A stretch of DNA of 59,596 bases, filler included, from Sphacelaria rigidula (taxonomy: Eukaryota): assembly GCA_964200075.2 (NCBI GenBank). It is 8 parts of 8 records of this genome, joined end to end, with 100 filler letters (N's around TTAATTAATTAA, not from the genome) between each part and the next. Parts side by side here need not be neighbours in the genome. Positions count along the whole stretch, not along the records: positions 44,775 to 52,135 come from CAXNAA020015253.1; positions 52,236 to 59,596 come from CAXNAA020015254.1; 6 more parts are not named here. The stretch is one strand, 5' to 3'. A program made the translations under genes and the position numbers. Under the pieces are notes generated by a model. The model was not told the origin of the DNA. It made no database searches and saw only the letters and a program-made list of their open reading frames with translations. Every line of letters begins with the position of its first letter. Position 1 is the stretch's first letter. Shown here piece after piece: positions 49,866-59,596 of this stretch.

Positions 49866-51071
49866 GAGGAGGACGTGAGAGAGATGGACGAAACCAAACC
49901 AATGAGGGGCACTTCTCATGAGAACTACAGGGGCTTTCGCAGCGTCCTCCCGCGTGTATGGTGCGATGCAGTAATGGAGAGATTACAGACCTACGAATGC
50001 CCACGCATACACACACCTGATCGAAAAGTGTCACCACTCCGTTGTACGAGTTCACCACGGCCCCCCAAGCCGTGAGCATGAGGTCTGCGCAATATCGGCA
50101 AAAACAAAGGTGAATGAGCGAGGTACGTTGGCGGATGGCGTGCGGGTGAGTCGAGAATTCCTTCGTCGGTCTGCTCCTTTTCCAATCGAATATGTCCGCA
50201 CGTCACAGCCCTTTCCCTCACAATTCCTGAGTAGCCTGTTACCGTTTTTTTCTGTAGAAAAAAGCAGCGGTTGCTGCCATCAGCAGTTGTCAAAGATACA
50301 TCACGGCATGACCCCCTAGTACGGCGTGACCCTCTACTACGAGGAGAGGCGTATCATGATTGCTGCCGCTGAAACCACAATGTGCGAAAAATATTTTTCT
50401 CCTGTCTGTTTACGTTCATTGCGTCTCTTCAATATCTGATCTACCCCTGCTTCTGTCTCCGTCCCGTGTCTGAGTGTGCCGTCGTGCCTGTGCGTTCTCT
50501 TGTGCACGTCTCTGAGCTCGCCCACCTGTATCTCTCCATATCCCTTTCTCATTCGTATCAATTCGGTACATGCCGTACAAATTACGATTTCCCTGGTGAG
50601 TTCCCCTGTACGATAGTTTTCCGGCAAGACTCCCCATTGATGGTGCGAAGAAGATGCACACGCACGACGGATGGTTCTAGTCTTCTTGAACACGATCCAA
50701 CTGATACCACTCCGCCACAAACGAATGACAACGGTGTTCGTGGAACTCTGGCAGTCGCTACCCCCCACACACTAACATGAAAACATGACAAAAACATGAC
50801 ATCGACAGGCAGTGCGGAGGGCAACAATAGCCGTCCTCACACGACAACTGAGTAACGCAACAATCAACGAACCCACCAAGGTGTTGCACATAGTGCAACA
50901 CCCATGTGGGATGTCCACATCTTTGGTGGACATCCATCTCGGATATCCTTGTAAGATCTGGAATCCAGCCGGGATGTTTATCCGTCTGGGATACGGGCAT
51001 CCCGGATGAACGTTCTAGATTAAACGATGTCCCAGGTGGAGACTCCCGTGACAGAGGTTTGGCGCTCATTT

Positions 51072-51375
51072 CGCGCTGGTCAGTCTAACTCGTACCTCTC
51101 AACACCGGTTCCGGCGGAGATGCGGGTTTGAATCCTCAGCGTGTACCGGTTTTTTGCGGGAATGTCTGACTTTCATCGCGGCAGTAACGTGAGGACATGA
51201 GTAGCTGAAAGAAAAGATTGAATGTCAGCGAGGGGCGGGATGGCTGGTCCAAGCCATGACACGCAAATGTCAAGCACGTATGTACCAGAGGAGAGATGGA
51301 TTGATCCTTTGAGCCTTCGGGCTCGTCCTGCGGAAAGAAGGAGGTCACACGGGGGGGGGTATATGTACATATACA
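51072..51375 (+). mobile_element. Possible second tRNA-derived SINE family
   Basis: B-box-like GGTTTGAATCC at ~51125 and a simple-repeat tail (tatatgtacatatac). The A box is poor and only one copy is present. Confidence 0.3.
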
Positions 51376-51823
51376 AATTATGTGAAACCCATAACGACAA
51401 GAACTGGTACAGCAGTGACGCGAGTTAACTTCTGACGCGTATATGTGTGTGAAGGTCGAGCACGACGGAAGCATTCCAAGTACCCGCATGCCGTTTTGAA
51501 TTTGATTAACTAATATTGTCAGCATGCCCACCATTCAGTTGACGTTGTTCTTACGGACGAGTGTACGCGGTCAGCGGGCTTGCCATTAGTGGCGTGTGTC
51601 TTTCCAGACACGCATTTGTATCGATGGATTGATTGCTGCACTTTTATTGATTCCTCAAGGAGCCAGCCGTGATCACATGGAATACGTCTCCGCGACGAAA
51701 CAACACTGAAACACTCGTGGAAGAAAAGTAAAGCGGACAGAAAAAGGAAGAACATACAGTGTAGACTAAGATAAGAAGAGGAAGCAAGGGCGCAAAAAAA
51801 GTTGTCGTATAACGTGATACGCT

Positions 51824-52072
51824 GTGACACTTTCTACGCTAGCCCCCCCCCAAAAAAACCAGCTAAACGTGTCACGAAACAAATGGGCATGCAGCGCCTG
51901 ATGTTCGGGTTCATGCTACATGAAGCGCCTTATATTGGCGACATTGGCTAATATGAACCCAAGCGTGGGAATTTCCAGCTTCTCGTTTTGCTCGGCTTTT
52001 TCCATTTCAATTTACGTGAAGAGTTTGCCTCCCAAAACCATGCACTTGTTGGGGGGGGGGGGGGGGGGGGCT
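51824..52072 (-). mobile_element. MITE, diverged copy of the 58937-59201 family (one TIR truncated)
   Basis: gtgacactttctacgctagccccccc terminus. The body matches the reverse complement of 58937-59201. Confidence 0.8.
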
Positions 52073-53903
52073 CAATTTTTTGTTCATTGTGTTTGCCTCT
52101 TGAGCGCCGAGCGCAACTCTTTTGTGTCGGCAGACNNNNNNNNNNNNNNNNNNNNNNNNNNNNNNNNNNNNNNNNNNNNTTAATTAATTAANNNNNNNNN
52201 NNNNNNNNNNNNNNNNNNNNNNNNNNNNNNNNNNNCCCCCCCCCGCCCCGTCCCCGCCCATGACCCTCGTTTAAACTCCCGCCGCCGCCCCCCCCCGTTC
52301 TGCCCCCCCCCCCCCACCCCCCATAACCCCACGGTCATGCCCTTCTTCGGGTACTCTGGGGCAGTTGCACACAAGACGCTTCGTGGGATGGAGTGATGCC
52401 TGGTCCAGCACCGTGCTCCTTGCACATAGCCATGACTGTACGCCACCGCCTCCCCTTTCGCCGCCGCTCCTATCGCGACCGCCTCTGCCACCTCCGCCGA
52501 TAAACCGTCTGATCGGCCGCACTCCCTCCATGCCTACCCCCTCCTCCTCCCCGATGTAAGAAGCTGCATGTCTGGTTCGATGTCTTGCCCTAACTCCGAT
52601 GCAGTAGTGTCGCGTGGAATGCCCCTAACGTCCAGTGCCGGTTCAGAACAACCAAATCCAATTGCGACCAATATGGTAGCCTGGCAGAAGACACGGGGTC
52701 GTATTGTACATTGTACAGAGCGTACTGCCGGACGATGAGTGCTATAGCCCGCGTGTTGAGCGTCGACCGGAAAAAACAGGTCGAAGGCATCCCGTCCACT
52801 TCCTCGGCAATAAGCCCGCCTCCTCCTTGGAGAACGGAGTTTCCGTTTTCGCCGTAGTTCAGGCCGGTATGATTTCCCGCCAGTACATGTGGTACTCGGA
52901 AGCGTGCGCATGTAGCCAGACTACTGTATGCATCAAGTGAGGTCTTCTTCTCCAAGCTGGTACACTGCAGCGACTTGGCACGTCGAGGCGCAGCACGAAT
53001 GCTGCACAATAACCTTGTATGTATGTGTTTGTGTTCGAGGGTACGTGCGTGTCATTGACTGGGCGTGTGTGCGTCGGGTGTGTGTGCTATGTGCTCGCTC
53101 TTGCTGAGAACGGCGCAATTAGTTCGGGACTGTCACGAACGAGGTGACAGTAGTTGGTGACGAAGAACAACAGATGTCGCGAGAGGTATTGTTCCAAACA
53201 TGAGGCTCATGTGCGAAAAGAACAATGACGATGATCAGCACCCGCACAACCCATAATTTTCTTCAGAACTTTCTTCAACCGCCAAAGTGGTAAAATAACC
53301 TCGCTCGACGTCATCTTTTTCGCGGATGATCTTTGAGTTTTTCCATTTCAATCATTTACTTGATGAAAGTGACCAGTGGGCACCCTCCCCAACCAAGTAG
53401 GGCATGTTCTGTGGACGCATAATACGTCGATCAACCGGGGGTCACAATCGATATGACACTCGACAACTTTGTTCGGGGATGATGGTGATGTCATGAAGAT
53501 AATTGCCGCGGTACGACGTAGCGAGTTCATGTTATTTATCAAAACTTTCTGGCCTACTTGCTTGCTTGCTGAGCAGTTAGCTCCTTGACTCATGGCATGA
53601 AGCCAACCAGTGCCCATGTGCGAAGCACACACTAAGGACCGTATTGTCTGAAGTAGGATCATTGACAAGATTCGGCAGGCGCTTTGTATACTTATTACCT
53701 GATGATAGATAGTTTGGGTTGTTAGTCTCATGTGTTGTTGGGGCCTACTCCTCTCAAGGTACACCGGAAATAATGTATCTGTAATTAATTGGCGACTGCG
53801 AGATTAGTCTTTCTGGATCATGCATAATTTTTTTTCACTTGAAATTGATGCCGATTCAACAGAAGACTAACCTCGCGATCCAAGGGTCAAATTCCCGTTT
53901 CTA

Positions 53904-53907
<4 letters not shown>

Positions 53908-53945
<38 letters not shown>
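53908..53945. repeat. (CTG)n microsatellite
   Basis: About 12 perfect CTG units. Confidence 0.95.
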
Positions 53946-53947
<2 letters not shown>

Positions 53948-54817
53948 CACATGCACTGTTATGAATACTACACTGTACCGCGCCCTGTGGTATTTTCTGA
54001 ACTTCTGAGGGGTGTTCCGATGTGGGATCGAGTTTTAACCGCCGACCTTGGTATGTCATGTTCGGGAAACCATTTAAATTTGCATCAGGTATCAACAGTC
54101 GCCCACCCAGGCAAAATCACGACGAATCAATATTAAATACTGTTGACGATGGAAACAGATTATTGTGCTGATGCCACAGTCGATATAATGGCACTGGCAT
54201 CCTCTCATTTCGAATTTTCAACCATTTTAATGCGCCCGTGTGCAGAATGCGGGCACATTCTTATTCTGTGTCGAGTCTCCTCCGCGTCTAAGACCAAAGG
54301 TCAGGGACACGGATTGTTCGACTAGTGTTGTCATTGATGTCCAATTCAAAGGAAAATGACAAGAGTACGGAGGCAATGCCTTTGCTGACTCCCTTCGAGG
54401 TGGTATACTATACTAAAATTGTATAGTGCTCCGAGCTTATTTCAGCTTGTCGAGGGGTGTTTGGAGATGCAGAACGGTGGAAGAGAAGTGAAAAAAGAAG
54501 GTGCCAGTTTTGTGGGACACCCAGAGTAAAGCAGTACAACAGTAATCATGCCGAGAAAAGTGAACGGACCGGTTATGATTGAAGTTACGATTCAACGAAA
54601 CACATTTGCTTGACGAAATATATCCGTTGGATTGGAAGATTCGTGTGAACAATAAATTCTTATAAAGTTGACCACACAGGAATGTGTACAAAGAACAAGA
54701 CGGTTTGATCCAAGTGGTGACTCCTTACCTACGTCACCGCCACCCCCCCTGCCCCACACACTCTCACCAACATCACATCCTGTCCCCACATAGCTCTACT
54801 TCTTGACAACAACAACG

Positions 54818-56020
54818 ATGAAGTTCTCGACAATGATATTGGCCAGCCTGATCGCCGCCGCTTTGCTGCTTCCATCGGTTACGCCGAAGAAGAAGTCGCT
54901 CTCCAAATCCTGTAGGAAGAAAACCAAGAAGAAGACTTTCAAGGGAGACGGCACGTATTACGGAGATATTCCCGTTTCCGCTGGCAACTGCGCCATGCGC
55001 GGCGACCTCTCAGTGGTGAGTAGTTTCGCATTTGGGACGGGTTTCATGATGGAGAGTGTCATGTGTCCGCGCATGGGCAAGATGGGTCTGGGGGATGAGA
55101 GGAGGGGTGCGGGGGCGAGGAGGGAGGTAACGGTCAGAAAAGTGTCCGTACGGCACCGACTTATATGTAATACTAAAGTAGTAGTGGTACGATGGGACCC
55201 ATATCTATTGACGACAGCCTGGACCGCGTCTGGTGCGGGGAAGTCCGGAGGGGTATGGCTGTGGAGGTACAGGTGAGCGCGGGGTAGGGGGGAAGGGAGA
55301 AAGAGGGCGATGAGGGGTTTGGTCAAGCTGGAGGATCAGTTTCTCTCGTCACTTGTTTGTGCATTTCGAAAGTTCGACATATTTTTCGGCGGCATTGTGC
55401 AGGCGGCATACAAGTTGCACGCAGCATTGATCAATCCGTTTTGAGGGGGAAACGACCAACACGATCGTTGTGGATCATTTCTGTCGCCTCACTTCCTTCC
55501 CTTCAAAAATGATGTACGAAACTGATGATGTAACTGGCAACCAGGCTAGCCCACAAACCCAGCTTGAGATAGTCTGAATGAAGAAAAATGAATTATGCAA
55601 CCATCACAAAATGGCAACGAACATTGATTGCAACCCGGGAGGCGGGGGGGGGGAAGTTGTGTGACAAGACAATGCACGCTGAACGCCGTATGAAAATGGT
55701 GGTGTATGTTGACGACAGCACCGCATACAAAATGTACTTGATGGTCTTGTCGAAGAATGGCACGCGTGTCTCACACCCTCGAAAAGCTGCCCGTGGGCAA
55801 CTTTTTTTTCACGATTCTCTCAATCGCTATTTTGGTGTGCACTGTTGAACAGTATGACGGGATGATTCCTGTAGCCATCAATGCAAAGCAGTACGGCGGC
55901 TCGGACGCGTGCGGTGCCTGCATCGAAGGTGTCGGGACAGGCAAGGGCTCTGGCAGTGACCCGATCAAGGGTAAATTCAAGGCCTACGTCATCGACCAGT
56001 GCCCGGAATGCGAACACGGG
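54818..56020 (+). CDS. Secreted expansin-like / RlpA-like double-psi beta-barrel protein (first two exons; 3' exons not found)
   Basis: Exon 54818-55015: signal peptide MKFSTMILASLIAAALLLPSVTP, Lys-rich linker, FKGDGTYYG...GNCA. Exon 55853-56020: VAINAKQYGGSDACGACIE..YVIDQCPECEHG. Phase-0 GT-AG splice. GxxTYY, CGxC and DxCPxC are expansin domain-1 motifs. Confidence 0.85.
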
Positions 56021-56048
56021 GTGAGTGTCTTGCGATGGGGAAGTTGAA

Positions 56049-57005
56049 GTTTTTCACGTCAACGGACGAGGATGGACGAGCACCATCTCCGTATGTACCC
56101 ACGGTAACACAGCTCATCCAGTTGAGGTAGCATCACAATCACGTACGAGTGTGCCGTCCGAACGTGAACACGTCATGCCGAAAAACCTACTGCACGTGTA
56201 TTGCGTATCGAAAACTCAAAGTCGTGTGCAATACTTGCTTTTTTTGTCGCGCGGATATTTCTAATGGGCGTGTGAGGCTACCGCCAATATTTTTCCTCTC
56301 GCTTCTTTCGTGAGTTCTTGTCCTCGACACTATCATGTTTTACTGCGCGCTTGGCAAATGATACCCCTGGCTTTACCCGGTAATCCTCGAGTCTACCTTT
56401 GATGACGGGCCGGGTTGAAAACCTGTCATGGGACCCGACAAATTATTCAACAATGTACGCTTGACAAGTCGTTTCTTGGGGATTGGACTTCACCAGTCGG
56501 CCACCATGTATGTGCTGTACTTTTGAGTACATCGGTTTTTCACGTCAACGGACGAGGATGGACGAGCACCATCTCCGTATGTACCCAAGGCAACACAGCT
56601 CATCCCGTTAAGGTAGCATCACAATCACGAACAAGTGTGCCATCCGAACGTGAACACGTCATGCCGAAAAACCTACTGCACGCATACTGCGTATCGAAAA
56701 CTCAAATTCGTGTGCAATACTTGCTTTTTCTGTCCCGCGGATATTTTCAATGGGCATGTGAGGCTACCGCCAATTTTTTTCCTCTCGCTTCTTTCGTGAG
56801 TTCTTGTCCTCGACACGATCATGTTTTACTGCGCGCTTGGCAAATGATACCCCTGGCTTTACCCGGTTATCCTCAAGTCTGCCTTTGATGACGGTTTGAA
56901 AACCTGTCACAAATTATTCAACAATGTACGCTTGACAAGTCGTTTCTTGGGGATTGGACTCCACCAGTTAGCCACCATGTATGTGCTGTACTTTAAAAGT
57001 ACAGC
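56049..57005. repeat. Tandem duplication of a ~485-bp intronic segment (56049-56534 and 56536-57005)
   Basis: Both copies start gtttttcacgtcaacggacgaggatggacgagcacc and end ccaccatgtatgtgctgtacttt, with scattered substitutions and small indels. Confidence 0.95.
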
Positions 57006-58936
57006 GGCTGTGAATCAGGAACTGTCGATCCCCGGGTGGTTGTTGTGCAAATTATTTTTCACACCCATAAAGACAGCAGACCTCCAGTTGCGCACAGGCT
57101 TCGCGGTACAGTTCGCCAGATCGCACAGCATGTCCGTTCCCCCGAGCCGAACTGTTACAAAACCGGCCGCCTCCCTTGGCTCTGGCTCCCCGCTCTTCGA
57201 CCACGAGGGCAGGTCACCTGCTGAATCAGCATCAATTTCACTAGGAAGAAATACCCATGATTCAGATAGACTGTCCGCATCGTGGTCTACCGATGGTCGA
57301 CTGAGGCGTGATATCTGTGAACGCTGTAAATTGTGCACTAAACGTGAACCTTTGCGCACATGGTGTGGAACACATGCACAAATCCATTGCCGTGTGCGAA
57401 ATTTGGAGATCCAATTAGGAATAATGTATGCTAATATGCGCATGTATCCTGGTCGTTGTGACCCGCGGATTTGCCACGGTATGAGGGGTGGAGTGGAGGG
57501 GGTATTTTTTTCCAGGTGAGGGAATAGTGGAGAGGAGGGTTCATGTGTGTCGAACGACCAAGCACACTCGCGGTGCGCCTATTCCTGAGTGTAAGCGGTG
57601 TCAAGCAGTATTAAATAGCGCTCTGTAGCGGTAACAATTGCGTGTGAACTATCGTTGCTGCTTACAACGGCGATATGGAGTGGAATTTCGCGGAAGGAAA
57701 TAGCGTTGATGGTACTCTCGCCATACCGCCGCATGACTCCAAGATCGGCGTTTTCTTGGTGCAGATCGTTGTGAGACAAACAGTGTATTCGGTCCGCACT
57801 CCGATTAAATCAGTATGTGAACAGTAATCCGAAGTGGATTCAGCATGACGCTTACCGTCGGAGATCCGGACCTGCAAGAAGTTGCTCTCGATTACTTTGA
57901 TGTGATCGTGTCGAACACACGATCGCCGCGCAAGAACAAACAAACGGTTACACCTGAAGAACAAGCCGATGGTGTCACAACCGCCGTGTTCGATGTCTGG
58001 TGTTCGATTAGTGCGTATGCTATCATCGGCAAGGGGTGAAGACGTCATTACTTCATCGGTGGCTTTGAAATGTGTCGACGATTCCGGGCCACCCCCTCTT
58101 CACTCCCCAGTTTCCCCCCTCTTGCACCTTCGGTTCTTTGTGCAGATCGCACTCGTCGGTAATAGTATTACTTGTAACCTCGATTATTGCGTTGCCACTG
58201 GGGCAATTGTGTCCATCTACTTCCTCCTCCACTCGACCACGAGCTGGGCCAGCCTGAAAACGTATTCAAGCTCTAAAAGCAATATCTCGTCGAGACAAAG
58301 GAGTTGGGCCGTGATCCGCATATCGTGAAAGATCGTCTAACCAAGGGGAAGGTACCCATCTGCTTGAAAGTTTGGGCCCATATTTTCTCGTTGATCGAAC
58401 CCCATGTTGTCTAGTAATTCCTACACCTAACGAAGATGGCGCTCATATATACTAAAATCTACTTGCACCCCCGATCGATGCATTCAGCGGATGACGACGA
58501 ATTTCGGTGTGACATTCTCTAAAAGGGGAGACTAAAGATACCTTCACCTTCACCTAGTTCGACACCTCTCCCGAGATATGGCGCACACAAGTTTCTATAA
58601 TCACTACAAGATATTACGAGCAGGGGCACTAGATTCCCTAAATCTGGACATCGCGTTTCAAGGTTTCAAGAGTTATTAAAAAAAATTGGGTGTTGAATCG
58701 CTAGTGCATAGTGAGAGAAAATGGAAGCAGCCTGTCACCTTGTTTCACTTTTTCGCTTTTCCTCATTTTAGTCATGTTCGAGAGGAGTTTTGATGATGAA
58801 TGAACGTTGCTCTGAGGCCCTATCTCGACGTTTTGGCTCAAATTTTAGAATTGTGATTTGAAAGCAGCATGAAGAACCACAAAAGTGTGTCGAGAAAAAA
58901 GAAAAGTTGGCATTTTTTTCGTACAGGTCAGTCAGA

Positions 58937-59201
58937 GCGATACTTTTTACGATAGCCCCCCCCCCCCCAAAAAAAAAAAAAAAGTACATGCTTTTGGGGG
59001 GCAGAATCTTCACGTAAATCGAAATGAGAAAAGCCGTGCACAACGAGAAGCTGGGAGTTCCCACGCTTGGGTTCGTTCTAGCCGATGTCACCGATGTGAG
59101 GCGCTTCATGTAGCCTTAACCCGTACATCAGGCGCTGTATGGCCATTTTTTTCGCACACTTTCAGCTGGTTTTTGGGGGGGGCTATCGTAAAAAGTGTCG
59201 C
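58937..59201 (+). mobile_element. MITE (~265 bp) with ~26-bp TIRs
   Basis: gcgatactttttacgatagccccccc / gggggggctatcgtaaaaagtgtcgc. Second copy at 51824-52072. Confidence 0.9.
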
Positions 59202-59523
59202 GCGTTATTGTGGAATAATGGCCTTCACTATACTAAACGCCCTCAACCAGTGAAAAAAAAGAATGAAAAACTCACCCACTGAGTTTTTTTCAACTACCTG
59301 ACGAGGGCCTACAGAAGATTTCACTACACGAAACCCAAACGTGGGCCGGTCAGAGGCATGCGAAATACTGTTCCGAATTCCTACCGACCCGGTTTTCGAA
59401 AGGCGCATACGCCGGCCAATATTTAGAATTGGAACGTCAAACTTGGCAAGGACAATGCATGAGGCAGGGAAAAATTGGAAAGAAGCACTAAAGGTTTTTT
59501 TTCCGTGAATTACGGGCAATAAT

Positions 59524-59596
59524 CATGCCCAACAGTGGAGAGCGACTATGTCGTGGGTACACAATCCGACTCAACGGCCGACGAGGGAAAGGGACT
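59524..59596 (+). mobile_element. Fragment of the tRNA-derived SINE body at window/contig end
   Basis: catgcccaacagtggagagcgactatgtcgtgggtacacaatccg matches 17680-17745. Confidence 0.8.

Noticed and set aside
53901-54095. Poly-Q ORF
   Set aside because: Produced by a (CTG)n microsatellite with no other coding evidence.

Overview
Eukaryotic, intron-rich and repeat-dense DNA, most consistent with a brown alga (Phaeophyceae). This is inferred from GT-AG multi-exon genes, tandem WSC domains and the repeat families. The window is not one locus. It is eight unrelated contigs of 7363-7361 bp, sorted by decreasing length and joined by 100-bp N44-TTAATTAATTAA-N44 spacers. Host genes (all partial): (i) a 7-exon FEA1/ISIP2a (phytotransferrin-like) domain fused to two WSC domains (8247-11506); (ii) an RRM protein of GBP2/hnRNP-M type (31181-33249); (iii) a secreted expansin-like DPBB protein with a Lys-rich N-terminus (54818-56020). 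Mobile DNA dominates: a decayed DIRS/PAT-like tyrosine-recombinase retrotransposon with RT-RH-methyltransferase and split direct repeats, a Copia 5' end, LINE remnants, tRNA-derived SINEs, a hAT-type element with a perfect 8-bp TSD, and several MITE/foldback families. The two best leads are the possibly wall-tethered phytotransferrin-WSC fusion and two related non-LTR families whose 3' ends (TGAGTAC-R-CCCCC) repeatedly sit between oligo(C) tracts, suggesting poly(C)/(G)-targeted retrotransposition. All family assignments come from motif recognition, not database searches.
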